A stretch of DNA of 64,000 bases from Bryobacterales bacterium (GTDB lineage Bacteria > Acidobacteriota > Terriglobia > Bryobacterales > UBA6623), in assembly GCA_963422375.2 (NCBI GenBank), contig OY729427.2, positions 672,001 to 736,000 of the forward strand, given 5' to 3'. Position 1 is the first letter of the stretch, and each line of letters begins with the position of its first letter. Under the pieces are notes generated by a model. The model was not told the origin of the DNA. It searched no databases and saw only the letters and a list, made by a program, of their open reading frames with translations. The translations under genes were made by a program, and so were the position numbers. Below, piece after piece: positions 28,871 through 41,876 of this stretch.

Positions 28871-29667
28871 GGGAATTATATATCTGAGTGCCGAGGGAAT
28901 CGAGTCGGCAAATTATCAAGCCATAATAAGATTTCATATTTCTTCCGAATTTCTGTTGACATTCTGTGGTGTTTCTTGGTAGAATAGTTCCAGTAGGGGA
29001 TACCGTAAATGAAGAAATCAGGTCCCGGAAAGTGGTTTCGTAAAGGCATCACATTGATCGAAGTGATCGCCATGTTCCCCGATGACGAATCCGCGGAAAA
29101 GTGGTTCGCCTCCATGCGCTGGCCGGACGGTCCCGCGTGCCCCCGCTGCCGCGGCTCCAGCGTGCAGTCCGACGCGGCCCACCCTTCGATGCCGTACCGT
29201 TGCCGCGGCTGCGGCAAGCGCTTTGCCGTGCGCACCGGCAGCGTGATGGCCGACACCAAGCTCGGCTACCGCACCCGGGCCGTCGCCCTGTTCCTGCTGA
29301 CCACCGGCATCAAGGGCGTCTCGAGCATGAAGCTGCACCGCGACCCGGGCATCAGCCGGAAGTCGGCCTGGCACCTGGCGCACCGCATCCGCGCGTGCTG
29401 GGAGCGGGATCAGGGCCTGTTCACCGGCCCGGTGCAAGGGGTGCCCTGCCACCGCCAACCGGGTTTCACCGGGGCAACCGGGGCATGCGAGGCGGCCTCT
29501 CTAGTCTGTTCCTCGTCAAATCCGCTGGCAGGCTCGATTCAGATACGATCCCACCCCTCCGTGCCTGCCGCGGCCGCACTCGAATGACCCGAGCTCGACA
29601 CCGACCTCCCTGCTCACAGCAGTTCTAGTCGGACCTGGCGTTGTCGGCACTCAGATATATAATTCCC
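28871..29667 (+). mobile_element. Internally deleted IS1595-family element (797 bp, non-autonomous)
   Basis: Perfect 24-bp terminal inverted repeat (TIR) GGGAATTATATATCTGAGTGCCGA. 8-bp TSD TTTCGTTG (28863-28870 and 29668-29675). ORF 29009-29587 keeps the Zn-ribbon and HTH but lacks the DDE domain. Confidence 0.95.
28956..28985 (+). promoter_or_regulatory. IS1595 transposase promoter
   Basis: TTGACA-N18-TAGAAT with extended TG. Identical in the copy at 59418-59447. Confidence 0.7.
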
Positions 29668-29746
29668 TTTCGTTGGCCCATATCTCTGAGATAACACGAG
29701 AAATAATCTCGGTAAATACTATGAGAATTAGTCCCTAGTCATCGGA

Positions 29747-31405
29747 TTATTCGTCTAGAGTTTCCTGCCTTCCTAGTTCGCTTGCAAGACGCTCCGCATG
29801 AGCAATTTCCTCGGGAATCAGGACGCTTCCAGCTTCGTATTTACTTTCCTTCGCGGCGATGTCACCCCCATCCGCAGCGAGGAAATACCAAGCGTACGCC
29901 TTGAGACGGTCGACTCCAATCCCTTCTCCGTGGCGGTACTTGTCTCCGATCAGACGCTGCGCCCGGGCAACCTCGTCGGCGGCCATTCGCCGGAGCACCG
30001 CGCTGCGCCGCTCGAGCGACCGCTTGTCCCCTTGCTCCGCCGCGAGGTGGAACCACGCGCACGCCTGGGCCTCGTCACGCGAGACTCCTCGGCCTGCCGA
30101 GCAGAGGGCCCCTAACTCGGCCTGAGCGGCCGCAACGCCGCCTTGCGCGGCGCGACGGTACCAGCGAGCGGCCGTGCCGAAATCGCCGACGTCGCGGTAG
30201 CAGTCAGCAAGGCGGAGGTGCGCCCTTGGAACCCGTCCGGGCCCCAAGCGCTGAAGCGCACGAGCCCTGACCTGCTCGGCAGCGCCATCCCCCTGCCCAG
30301 CCGAGACGGTGGACCACGCGAAGGCCCTAGCGTCGTCGCGGGGCACGCCGTCGCCTTCGAGGTACATCGTCGCCAGCTCGAGCTGCGCCTCTGGCGCTCC
30401 TCGCTTTGCGGCTCGTTCGTACCACGCTGCCGCGTCTCGCTTGGACTTGCCTACAAGCGCGCCGGACCGGCACATCGCCGCGACCGCCATCTGCGCCCGG
30501 GTCACCTCGTCGGGAGACACGCGCTTCGCGACTATGTCGTCTTCCGTGAATTCGGTGCGGCGGATCCCGTCGAACGCGAGGCTGAACCACGCGTAGGCCC
30601 GGCTCTCGTCCCGTGCAACGCCCCTTCCCTCGAAGTGCATCAGCCCCAGGTCGATCACCGCGGCGGTCAGGCCGTGGCGCGCGGCCCGCAAGAACCAGTT
30701 CGCAGCCGCTGCTTCGTCGGGCGGGACCTCCTCGCCGTCCCGCAGCATGATGCCGACCCTGTGCCGCACCTCGGCGCGTTGAACGGCGCTCAAGCGATCC
30801 AAGAGCCCGCGGCCCAGCCGCCGGGCGTCCCCTCTGCCCTGGGCGGACGCCAAGCTGGACCAAGCGAGCGCGTAGGCGGCACCCTTCTCGGGTGCAACTC
30901 CCCGGCCCGCCGAGTACATCCTTGCGAGCTCGACTTGGGCGTTGCTCGCACCCTCCGCTGCCGCCAGGCGGTACCAAGCGACCGCCTCGCGGTCGCTAGA
31001 GGGGACGCCGTCACCGAGCCGAAACGCCGTGCCAAGGGCGACCTGCCGCTCGGAGAGCTCGGTCAGGGTCATGCTCCGCTCGACGCTCTCGAGCCTCGTC
31101 TCGGCGATTTCGAGACCTTGCTCGGCGGCCAAGCTCAGCCACGCGTGACCCTTGACCATGTCCACCGCGCCCACCGCTCCGGTGAGATACATGTTGGCGA
31201 GACGGAACTGGGCGTCAGCATTGCCTTGATCGGCCGCCAGGCGGTACCAGCGCGCCGCTGCACGGCGGTCGGCCGGGACGCCGGCCGATCCGCCGCGATA
31301 CATGTTCCCTAGCTTGAGCTGGGCGCAAGCGTCGCCGGACTCGGCAGCCTGCCGAACGCTCCTCTCCGTCACGGAGTCTCGCGGGGCAATGGCCCGTGCA
31401 GCCAT
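29747..31405 (-). CDS. Sel1-like repeat protein
   Basis: Many AQxxLGxMYxxGxGV..D..A..WY..AA.QG repeats. Confidence 0.93.
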   Translation of the reverse strand: MAARAIAPRDSVTERSVRQAAESGDACAQLKLGNMYRGGSAGVPADRRAAARWYRLAADQGNADAQFRLANMYLTGAVGAVDMVKGHAWLSLAAEQGLEIAETRLESVERSMTLTELSERQVALGTAFRLGDGVPSSDREAVAWYRLAAAEGASNAQVELARMYSAGRGVAPEKGAAYALAWSSLASAQGRGDARRLGRGLLDRLSAVQRAEVRHRVGIMLRDGEEVPPDEAAAANWFLRAARHGLTAAVIDLGLMHFEGRGVARDESRAYAWFSLAFDGIRRTEFTEDDIVAKRVSPDEVTRAQMAVAAMCRSGALVGKSKRDAAAWYERAAKRGAPEAQLELATMYLEGDGVPRDDARAFAWSTVSAGQGDGAAEQVRARALQRLGPGRVPRAHLRLADCYRDVGDFGTAARWYRRAAQGGVAAAQAELGALCSAGRGVSRDEAQACAWFHLAAEQGDKRSLERRSAVLRRMAADEVARAQRLIGDKYRHGEGIGVDRLKAYAWYFLAADGGDIAAKESKYEAGSVLIPEEIAHAERLASELGRQETLDE

Positions 31406-31511
31406 GATGCCAGACGGGCGTGCGGCGCGAGCGCACGGGCCAGAGCGCTCTCAGGTCCCACCGGCACGGCTACGGGAGCGGCGGCCGCGGTGCGATATAC
31501 TCGCACGTTCC

Positions 31512-31982
31512 TTGACGGACTCCGGCCAAGCACCCATCCCGCTCGACATCTGTCAGATTCGGGAAATCCTTCCGCATCGCTACCCGATGCTGCTCGTCGA
31601 CAGGATCCTGGAAATCACCGAAGAGCGCGTTGTAGGCATCAAGAACGTCTCGGCCAACGAACCCTTCTTCCAAGGCCACTTCCCCGACCACCCGATCATG
31701 CCGGGCGTGCTGGTGGTGGAATCGATGGCACAGTGCGGCGGGGTGCTCGCGCTGCGCTCGATGCGCGACCACGACAAGAAGGTCGTGCTGTTCGCGTCCA
31801 TCGACAACTGCCGGTTCCGCTGCCCGGTCACGCCCGGGGACCAGCTGCGGCTGGAGCTCGACATCCTGCGGAAGCGCGGGGGCGTCGTGCGCATGCAGGG
31901 CCACGCCTTCGTCGGGGACCGCCTGGTCGCGGAAGCGATGCTGATGTGCAGCGTCGCGGACAAGCCCGTCGCGGGCTCGTGA
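31512..31982 (+). CDS. fabZ: 3-hydroxyacyl-ACP dehydratase
   Basis: [13 protein letters not shown] and [18 protein letters not shown] start inferred. Confidence 0.96.
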   Translation: MTDSGQAPIPLDICQIREILPHRYPMLLVDRILEITEERVVGIKNVSANEPFFQGHFPDHPIMPGVLVVESMAQCGGVLALRSMRDHDKKVVLFASIDNCRFRCPVTPGDQLRLELDILRKRGGVVRMQGHAFVGDRLVAEAMLMCSVADKPVAGS

Positions 31983-32758
31983 TGGCGATTCACCCCAGCG
32001 CCATCGTCGACCCCGCAGCCAATATCCACGAGGCGGCCGACATCGGCCCGTATTGCATCGTGGGTCCCGACGTCACCATCGGGGCCGGCACCAGGCTGCT
32101 GGGCCACGTCTGCGCCGACGGCTTGACGGACATCGGCGAGGACAATGCCTTCCACCCCTTCTCGACGGTCGGGGCCGCGCCCCAAGATCTCAAGTACCGC
32201 GGGGAGCGATCACGCACCTTGATCGGCGACCGAAACCAGGTCAGGGAATTCTGCACCATACACCGAGGCACACGGGGCGGGGGAAACCTGACTCGCATCG
32301 GCAGCGACAACCTCCTGCAGGCCTACGCCCATGTCGCGCACGACTGCCTAGTGGGATCGCACTGCATTCTGTCGCACTCGGCAACGCTAGGAGGCCACGT
32401 TACCGTCGAGGACCACGCGGTGATCGGAGCGCACTGCGGCGTTCACCAGTTCTGCGTCGTCGGGGCGCACAGCTACGTCGGCGGGTTCAGCGTCATCACC
32501 CAGGACGTGCTGCCGTTCGCGCTGGTCGTGAGCGAACGGGAGGCGCGGACGTTCGGCATCAACAAGGTCGGGCTGGAGCGGCGCGGCTTTCCGAAGAGCG
32601 AGATCCAAGCGCTGCACAAGGCCTTCCGCATCCTCACCAAGTCCGGCCTCAACACGGAGCGGGCGCTGGCCAGGATCGCGGAGGAACTGGAAGACTCCCC
32701 CAACCTAGCCCGGGTGCGGGCCTTCGTCGCGAGGTCGAAGCGAGGGCTCGTGAAGTGA
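31982..32758 (+). CDS. lpxA: UDP-N-acetylglucosamine O-acyltransferase
   Basis: IHPSAIVD hexapeptide repeats, [30 protein letters not shown] coupling to fabZ. Confidence 0.97.
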   Translation: MAIHPSAIVDPAANIHEAADIGPYCIVGPDVTIGAGTRLLGHVCADGLTDIGEDNAFHPFSTVGAAPQDLKYRGERSRTLIGDRNQVREFCTIHRGTRGGGNLTRIGSDNLLQAYAHVAHDCLVGSHCILSHSATLGGHVTVEDHAVIGAHCGVHQFCVVGAHSYVGGFSVITQDVLPFALVVSEREARTFGINKVGLERRGFPKSEIQALHKAFRILTKSGLNTERALARIAEELEDSPNLARVRAFVARSKRGLVK

Positions 32759-33558
32759 AGTTCGGGCTGATCGCCGGAGGAGGCGACTTCCCGCTGCTCA
32801 CGCTACGGTCCGCTCGGCAGGCCGGACACGAGGTCGCCGTGGTCGCGATCCGGGAAGAGGCCCCGCCCGAGATCGAGAGCCTAGCCGATTCCTGCCGCTG
32901 GATCTCGTTAGGCCAGCTGTCCAAGCTGATCGAGACGTTCCGCTCCGAGGGCGTCAGCCAGGCCGTGATGGCGGGCCGGATCCGGCACGCGCAGATCTTT
33001 TCCGCGATCCGGCCCGACTGGCGCCTGCTCAAGGTGCTGAATGCGCTCAGGCGCAAGAATACGGACTCGCTGCTGGGAGCTCTCGCGCAGGTCCTCGAGG
33101 ACGAGGGCATTTCCCTCCTCGATTCCACGCACTTCCTAGCCTCGAGCTTGGCCGGCCTGGGGCCGAACGGGCGGCGCAAGCCGTCCGCAGGGGAGCGACG
33201 CAACATCGAGTACGGGCAGGAGGTCGCCAAGGCGCTGGCCGCCTACGACATCGGGCAGAGCGTGGTGATTTGCGAGCAGGCCTGCGTCGCGGTCGAAGCG
33301 ATGGAGGGCACGGACGCCGTCTTGGAGCGCGCCGGAAGGCTGGCCAACGGGCGCGAGCTGACGTTGGTCAAGGTGGCGAAGCCGAATCAGGACATGCGCT
33401 TCGACGTGCCGGTGATCGGCCCGCGCACGATCCGCAAGATGCAGGCGGCCAACGCGACGGCGGCCAGCATCGAGGCTGGCAGGACCCTGCTGCTCGAGAA
33501 GGACCGTCTGCTGGCCGATGCGGACCGGGCCGGCATCTGCGTCGTCGGATCGGGATGA
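32755..33558 (+). CDS. lpxI: UDP-2,3-diacylglucosamine diphosphatase LpxI
   Basis: GLIAGGGDFP, DIGQSVV, AVEAMEGTD, KPNQDMRFDVPVIG. GTGA overlap with lpxA. Confidence 0.93.
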   Translation: MKFGLIAGGGDFPLLTLRSARQAGHEVAVVAIREEAPPEIESLADSCRWISLGQLSKLIETFRSEGVSQAVMAGRIRHAQIFSAIRPDWRLLKVLNALRRKNTDSLLGALAQVLEDEGISLLDSTHFLASSLAGLGPNGRRKPSAGERRNIEYGQEVAKALAAYDIGQSVVICEQACVAVEAMEGTDAVLERAGRLANGRELTLVKVAKPNQDMRFDVPVIGPRTIRKMQAANATAASIEAGRTLLLEKDRLLADADRAGICVVGSG

Positions 33559-33574
33559 GCGCCGGCCGGGCGCA

Positions 33575-36151
<2,577 letters not shown>

Positions 36152-36160
36152 CCGGTCGCG

Positions 36161-37900
36161 CTAGGGCCGGCGGTATACCGTCCGCCCGCCGAGGACGGTT
36201 TCCACCACCACGGTGTCCCTCAGCCAGTTGATCGGGCAGGTGAGAATGTCCCGGTCGATCACCGCGAAGTCCGCGTACTTGCCCGGCTCGAGCGACCCCT
36301 TCACGTCCTCGTCGAACGACAGGTAGGCCGCGCTCAGCGTCCACATGCGCAGCGCCTCCTCGCGGGTGACGCGCTGCTCGGGGTTGTGGACCGAGCCGTC
36401 CCGCGCGACGCGGGTCACAGCGATCCACATGCCGAAGAAAGGGGCGTATGGATTGACGGGCTCGCGGGGGTCGAACTTGATCATGTGGTCCGAGCCTCCC
36501 GCCACCACCACGCCGGCGTCGAGGATCGAGCGGTAGGGCTGCAGGGTGCCCATCCTGCCGGCGCCCAGGACCTTCGACAGCGCCGGCCCGTCGAAGTGGT
36601 ACCAAGCCGGCTGCATGTCCGCCACCACCCCCAGCCGCGCGGCCCGGGCGATGGCCTCGCCGGTGAGGAAGTTGGCGTGAGTCAGCGTGAAGCGCCTCCC
36701 GGCGATCGGAGTCTCCCGATGCACCGCCTCGTAGGCGTTCAGCAGGATATCGGTCGAGCCCCCGCCCGTCGTGTGCGCGGTCATCTGCCAGCCGAGCCGG
36801 GCGGCCAGCCCAACGATCCGCTCGAGGCCTTCCGGCCGGATCCGCAGGACGCCCCGATAGTCGGGATCCTCGAATCCGTAGACTTCGGTGTTCTCGCCGT
36901 AGGGAGCGCGCATGTAAGCCGTGCCGAGGAGGATGCCGCCGTCCAAGGCGACGTTGAGCGAGCCGATGCGGAGCATCCCGTCGCCATGCCCCGTCACCTG
37001 TCCCAGTCCCTCGATTTCCGCCAGCACCTCCGCCAGCGGCCGCCCGGCGTCGATCCGGCGGGTGACGTACGAGCGGACGCGCAGCGCGCCCGCGCGCCAG
37101 AGCTCCTGGTAGGCCCGCAAGCCGGGGGCCGTCTGGCTGCGATCGATGACGCTGGTCAGGCCGACGCTGGAGTAGTAGGCCCGCTGCATGGCTTCCAGCG
37201 CACGCGCGCGTTCCTCGTGGGTGTGCTCCCGCGAGTCCAGCAGCGGGGCTACCAGCTGCCGCGCTCCCACAACCAAGCCCGTCGGCTCGCCGGTCCCGTC
37301 ACGAACGAGCTTGCCGTCGCCCGGATCCGGCGTCGCGGCCGAGATCCCGGCGGCCCGCAGGGCGGCCGAGTTGAGAACCGCGGCATAGCCGTTGTCGAGC
37401 ATGACGGGCCGGTCCCCGGAATACTCGTCGATCTCCCAGCGGTTGGGATATCGTCCTTCCGCGAGCCGCGTCGAGTAGACCTTGGGGACGAACACCAAGC
37501 CGTCGCCCCGCCTCAGGGCGCGGGACACGTGAGCCCGCACGTCGTCGAAGCCCCGCAGCGCCGGTATGGCTCCGTCGGACTCGGACAGCGCCGCGCTGAT
37601 CGGATGCACGTGGCTGTCGATCAGGCCCGGCACCACGGTTCGGCCCCGCAGGTCGACCTGCACGGTCCGCGGGCCCGTGCCACGTCCGACGGCCTGCGTC
37701 GTGCCGACGTTCAGCACGCGCCCCGCGGCGACCGTCATGGCTTCCGCGAGCGGTCGCTCCGGCCACATCGTCACAATGCGGCCGTTGTAATAGAGCGTAT
37801 CGGCCGGGCCGGCCGGGACCTCGCGCCGAGGGGGCCAGCGCTGCGGCCAAGCCGCCGACACCGCCAGCAGGAGCAGCATCGCCAAGCGCATCTGCGTCAT
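36161..37900 (-). CDS. Amidohydrolase_3 (YtcJ-like) family protein, exported
   Basis: PGLIDSHVH, AH, LTHAN, GGSD and GSLEPGKYADF. Confidence 0.9.
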   Translation of the reverse strand: MTQMRLAMLLLLAVSAAWPQRWPPRREVPAGPADTLYYNGRIVTMWPERPLAEAMTVAAGRVLNVGTTQAVGRGTGPRTVQVDLRGRTVVPGLIDSHVHPISAALSESDGAIPALRGFDDVRAHVSRALRRGDGLVFVPKVYSTRLAEGRYPNRWEIDEYSGDRPVMLDNGYAAVLNSAALRAAGISAATPDPGDGKLVRDGTGEPTGLVVGARQLVAPLLDSREHTHEERARALEAMQRAYYSSVGLTSVIDRSQTAPGLRAYQELWRAGALRVRSYVTRRIDAGRPLAEVLAEIEGLGQVTGHGDGMLRIGSLNVALDGGILLGTAYMRAPYGENTEVYGFEDPDYRGVLRIRPEGLERIVGLAARLGWQMTAHTTGGGSTDILLNAYEAVHRETPIAGRRFTLTHANFLTGEAIARAARLGVVADMQPAWYHFDGPALSKVLGAGRMGTLQPYRSILDAGVVVAGGSDHMIKFDPREPVNPYAPFFGMWIAVTRVARDGSVHNPEQRVTREEALRMWTLSAAYLSFDEDVKGSLEPGKYADFAVIDRDILTCPINWLRDTVVVETVLGGRTVYRRP

Positions 37901-37966
37901 GGTATCCCTCGATAGAGCCGCGACCGGGCGCCGGTCCGGGAAGGGCGGGGGCCGGGCGACCGGCCG

Positions 37967-38830
37967 CTACCAAGTCGGATCGCCGGGACGACCGACGGCG
38001 GGCTCGCCCTCGAGATAGCCGAGGGACGCGAGGAAGCGGTCCATGTGCCAGACCGTGCTCGTGTACGAGGCCCGGCTGCGGCCGTAGTTGAAGAAGCCGT
38101 GCGGCCGACCGTCGTAGCCGACCAGCTCGCAGCGATTGCCGGCCTCCACCATCGCCTCGCAGAACGCCTCGGCGGTAGCGTACGGGACGGTCCGGTCGGC
38201 CTTGCCGTGAAAGACGATCGTGGGCGGGTCGCCCTTGCCGACGTGATGCAGCGGAGAGCCCTCGAGGCGACGTTCCCCCCAGCGCTCGCTGCCCGACAGG
38301 TCCGTGGCGGGGTTGAACAGGACCAAGGCGTTCGGCCTGGAACTCACTGAAGCGTCCTCGCCCGGCTCTTCCAGGCCATCTATGACTCCGGTCGTCGCCG
38401 CGACGTGCCCGCCCGCCGACCCGCCGCCGGAGGCGATCCGGTCCGGATCGATTCCGAGTTCCGCGGCATGCTGGCGCATCCACCGAACCGCGGACTTCCC
38501 GTCGGCGATGCACTCGCGGGGCGACGTGCCGTGGCTGCCGCGCGTGCGGTACTGCGCACTCACGGCGACCATGCCGCGAGACGCTAGATAGCGGCTTTGC
38601 GGGAAGAACTGGGAGGGGGACCCGCCGACCCAGCCGCCGCCGAAGAAGAACACGATGGCGGACCGCCTGTCGCCTGCCGACCAGCCGTCCGGGAGGAAGA
38701 CGTTGAGCTCGAGAGGATCCTTGTCGAAGCTCTTGTAGACGATTTGCTTGTCCGGTTCAAACGAGCGGTCCTGCGCGAAGACCCAAGCAGGCACCAGAAC
38801 GAGAGCGACAACGAGAGCCGACAACTTCAT
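37967..38830 (-). CDS. Alpha/beta hydrolase (esterase/lipase, BD-FAE-like)
   Basis: FFGGGW, GGSAGGH, HGKADRTVP, HGFFN, signal peptide. Confidence 0.92.
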   Translation of the reverse strand: MKLSALVVALVLVPAWVFAQDRSFEPDKQIVYKSFDKDPLELNVFLPDGWSAGDRRSAIVFFFGGGWVGGSPSQFFPQSRYLASRGMVAVSAQYRTRGSHGTSPRECIADGKSAVRWMRQHAAELGIDPDRIASGGGSAGGHVAATTGVIDGLEEPGEDASVSSRPNALVLFNPATDLSGSERWGERRLEGSPLHHVGKGDPPTIVFHGKADRTVPYATAEAFCEAMVEAGNRCELVGYDGRPHGFFNYGRSRASYTSTVWHMDRFLASLGYLEGEPAVGRPGDPTW

Positions 38831-38915
38831 GGCCTAGAGTCTATCAACGCCGGAGTCTCGCTCGTCCGGCCGTAGCGCGGCTGCGCGCCGCCGATGCCCG
38901 GGGGGGCCCGTCAGG

Positions 38916-41618
38916 TCAGGGACGCGGGTCGGGCGAGGCGACCAGCGGCTCGCCCGGCTGGTCCGGCAGCGCGTGGATCGAGTGGCTGATCTCCGTTTCG
39001 ATCCGGTCCCCGGCGGCGGTCCGAATGCTGACGGCCGTCATCATTTGCATGACGCGCCGCAAATCGTCGACCTCGATCCGCACCGTCTTGCGGTCCGGCA
39101 GCAGCCGGACCGCGCGCACGTTCATCTCCTCGACGCCCGGCTCGCCGTCGAGCCTCCAGCGGTCGGAGCCGTACCGGCTCAGCCACTTGTAGTTCCAGCG
39201 CCTGACCCGGTAGCTGGCCGGATCCTCGGCGGTCTGCGGGTCCAGCTCGTGCAGGAAGGAAACGTCGATGCCCTTGCGGCTGACGTGCAGCTCGCTGGGC
39301 ACGAGCACCTTGCCCCCCGTGTACCGAACGCGGTGAAAGCCTCCGACAGCCTTGCGCTTGGTGCCCCAGCCGTAGAGACCCGCCGTATACAGGTTGCCAT
39401 CGCTGGCGCGGAAGTCCGGGCGCATCAGGCCGGTGTCGATATCGACGGGCAGTTCGACTGCGCCTCCCTGCACCGTGCCGCCCGCTCGCTCCATGAGCAC
39501 GAGGAAGATCTTGCCCCGGCCGAACGAGGAATGGACGAGATGACCCTGGAACGGGCCCCAGCGGTCGCTGTCGACCCAAGCCTGGCCCGCCCCGGAATTG
39601 TCGACGCTGATCGGCAGCCACGTGATCGGGTCGTCGTAGCCATCCCGGTCGGGGATGCTGCCGCCCCACATGTACCCGTGGAAGCTACCCGGCGAGCAGA
39701 GGTTGAGCCGGGTGGACGGAATCCAGTGACCTTCCTGGTCCGACGTGGTGATCAAGCCGCCCGGACCGACCGCGACGCCGTTCGGCACGCGGAACCCCGT
39801 GCAAACGACTTCGAGGTTCCTGCCCTCGGAATCCATCTTGAAGATGACGCCGTGATGCTTGACCTTCGCCGGCAGGGCATGCCGCGCCGCCTTGGCGAAA
39901 TAGAAGTTGCCCTCGCGGTCGCGGTCCAGGTCGAAGGTGAACTCGTGGAAGTGGTGGGTTACGTGGAAGTCGCTGTTGAAATTCTCGTAGTAGTCGGCCT
40001 GGCCGTCCCTGTTCAGGTCGTGCAGGCGGGTGATCTGATCCCTGTCTAGGACATAGACCGTGCCGTCCACCACCTCCAGGCCCTGTGGCATGTGGAAGCC
40101 GACGGCGTAGCGCGTCCACGTTAGCTCGTCTAGGTCCTCGTCGACGCCGTCCACAATCCATACGTCGCCGGACCAAGTGGCCACAGCCGCCCGGTCGTCG
40201 TCGAAGAACGCGAAATCCGTCGGGCGGAACCACGACTTCCACGGGTTGCCGAAGGGGAGAGCGATCTCGTCTACAGTCCAAGGCCCGGAGCCGTCCCCGA
40301 GACGTCCCGTCGTGACGGTCTCCTTGCGGTAGGTCCGCGGACCTCCTCGCAGGTACGGCTCCAGCCTCTCCGGCCGGGGGGCGCTTCGAAGCGCGCCCGC
40401 GAACGACCCGAGACGCTCGGACGGCAGCCGGGCGTAGTAGACGCTGAACCGCTGCGTCTCCGAGGACCGAGGAATCCGCAGGCGCACCTCGCCGGGTGCC
40501 GACAGATCCCACCGCGCCTTCTTGCCGAGTCCGGCGACGCCGACGGTCGTGCCCTCGCCGGGGCCGAGATGGACCAGGTGATCCGTCGCGGCCCCCTTGC
40601 CGGGAGCGAGCCGCCGGAGCGATAGCTGGCGTGCCTCCGAGCCTCGCGCGAAGGCCACCTCGAGCACGAGATCGTCGCGGGAGGGCCCGACCTCGAACGT
40701 GCGGGTCAGCGCCTCGACGCCCCAGTCCGACTGCAGCCCGGGCATTTCGAGGATGTCGGTGCCGCCGACCGAGTACCGCAGGACGACCCGATCACCGAAC
40801 ATGTAGCGGCCCTTGTACCGGGCCCAGTCGGACGGCAGGGGCCCGAAGCCGTCCGGGCGCGGATCCGAGAAGCTGCCGTCCCGGGCCCATCCCGGCGCCA
40901 CGGGGGTCTCGAACGCGGGCTCGCCGTCAAGATGCGGGTGCGGCCCGTGCTTCCAGTCGTAAACCGTCCCGGTCAGCACGTACTCGGCGCCGTTCCAGCC
41001 GGCCGCCATGCGGAGCAGCTCGGTGTCGAAGATGACGCCGGACCGCCGCCCGTCCGCCAGCATGATGGCGTGCGACTTGTAGCTGACGTTGTCGCCGGGG
41101 CCCTTGTCCGCACGAGGGTCCGCGGGCTCGCGCACCGTCACGCTGGCCGAGATGACGGGGCCGTAGTCCATGTGCAGCCAAGGCTGCTCGTCCCTCTTGG
41201 TGCTGTCGTCGAACCGGGTGCTGGCGAACGGGGCTCCCTGGTCGATCCAAGCGCGCAGGATGCCGATCTGCTCGTCGCTCAGCGTGCCGCCGGCCGGCGG
41301 CATGACCAGATTCTCTTCCATGCCGGCTACGAGGTGGATCAGACGGCTGCCGGCGCTGTCGCGATCAGTGATCGCGGGACGGCCCGAGTAGCCGCCTCGG
41401 ACGGCGGATTTCTTCCGCCAGAGGCTGTAGCCGTTCATCGCGACGTCGTCTCCGTGGCACATGTAGCAGTGCTGGACGAAGATTGGATCCACGTCAGCCA
41501 TGAAGTCGACCTTGCGGTCGGCCGGTGGAGGGAGGCTCGGTGCGCCCACCGCGAGGAGGGGAAGCACCGCGCCCGTCAGGAAGCAAGCGGCCAAGACCGA
41601 CAGTTTGCGCTTGGACAT
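38916..41618 (-). CDS. Planctomycete-type cytochrome c domain fused to DUF6797-like/beta-propeller dehydrogenase-like domain
   Basis: Signal peptide, DF..DV.PIF..HCYMCH..MPP..WIDQGA, then DYGP, DQITRLHDLNRDGQADYYENF and TGFRVPNG. Confidence 0.8.
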   Translation of the reverse strand: MSKRKLSVLAACFLTGAVLPLLAVGAPSLPPPADRKVDFMADVDPIFVQHCYMCHGDDVAMNGYSLWRKKSAVRGGYSGRPAITDRDSAGSRLIHLVAGMEENLVMPPAGGTLSDEQIGILRAWIDQGAPFASTRFDDSTKRDEQPWLHMDYGPVISASVTVREPADPRADKGPGDNVSYKSHAIMLADGRRSGVIFDTELLRMAAGWNGAEYVLTGTVYDWKHGPHPHLDGEPAFETPVAPGWARDGSFSDPRPDGFGPLPSDWARYKGRYMFGDRVVLRYSVGGTDILEMPGLQSDWGVEALTRTFEVGPSRDDLVLEVAFARGSEARQLSLRRLAPGKGAATDHLVHLGPGEGTTVGVAGLGKKARWDLSAPGEVRLRIPRSSETQRFSVYYARLPSERLGSFAGALRSAPRPERLEPYLRGGPRTYRKETVTTGRLGDGSGPWTVDEIALPFGNPWKSWFRPTDFAFFDDDRAAVATWSGDVWIVDGVDEDLDELTWTRYAVGFHMPQGLEVVDGTVYVLDRDQITRLHDLNRDGQADYYENFNSDFHVTHHFHEFTFDLDRDREGNFYFAKAARHALPAKVKHHGVIFKMDSEGRNLEVVCTGFRVPNGVAVGPGGLITTSDQEGHWIPSTRLNLCSPGSFHGYMWGGSIPDRDGYDDPITWLPISVDNSGAGQAWVDSDRWGPFQGHLVHSSFGRGKIFLVLMERAGGTVQGGAVELPVDIDTGLMRPDFRASDGNLYTAGLYGWGTKRKAVGGFHRVRYTGGKVLVPSELHVSRKGIDVSFLHELDPQTAEDPASYRVRRWNYKWLSRYGSDRWRLDGEPGVEEMNVRAVRLLPDRKTVRIEVDDLRRVMQMMTAVSIRTAAGDRIETEISHSIHALPDQPGEPLVASPDPRP

Positions 41619-41876
41619 GGCGATTCCTAATATTCTAGTCTCGGAATCACGAGGCAACGACAGATGCATCCGGCCACCGAGGATGCGTGCCGAAGGACGG
41701 CGACGGCGACCCCACGAGCCACTCCCGGCGCTCGCACGCCGGAAAAGTAAGCGACGTTCAAGCCGCCGAAGGCCCCGGGCCTAGATTGCCGTGCATCCCG
41801 GGCTGCCGCGCGCACCAGCTGCACAGATCCAGGCAAGGCTTCCGCCCCAGTCGGCCTCGCACCGGCCCGGGCAGGA

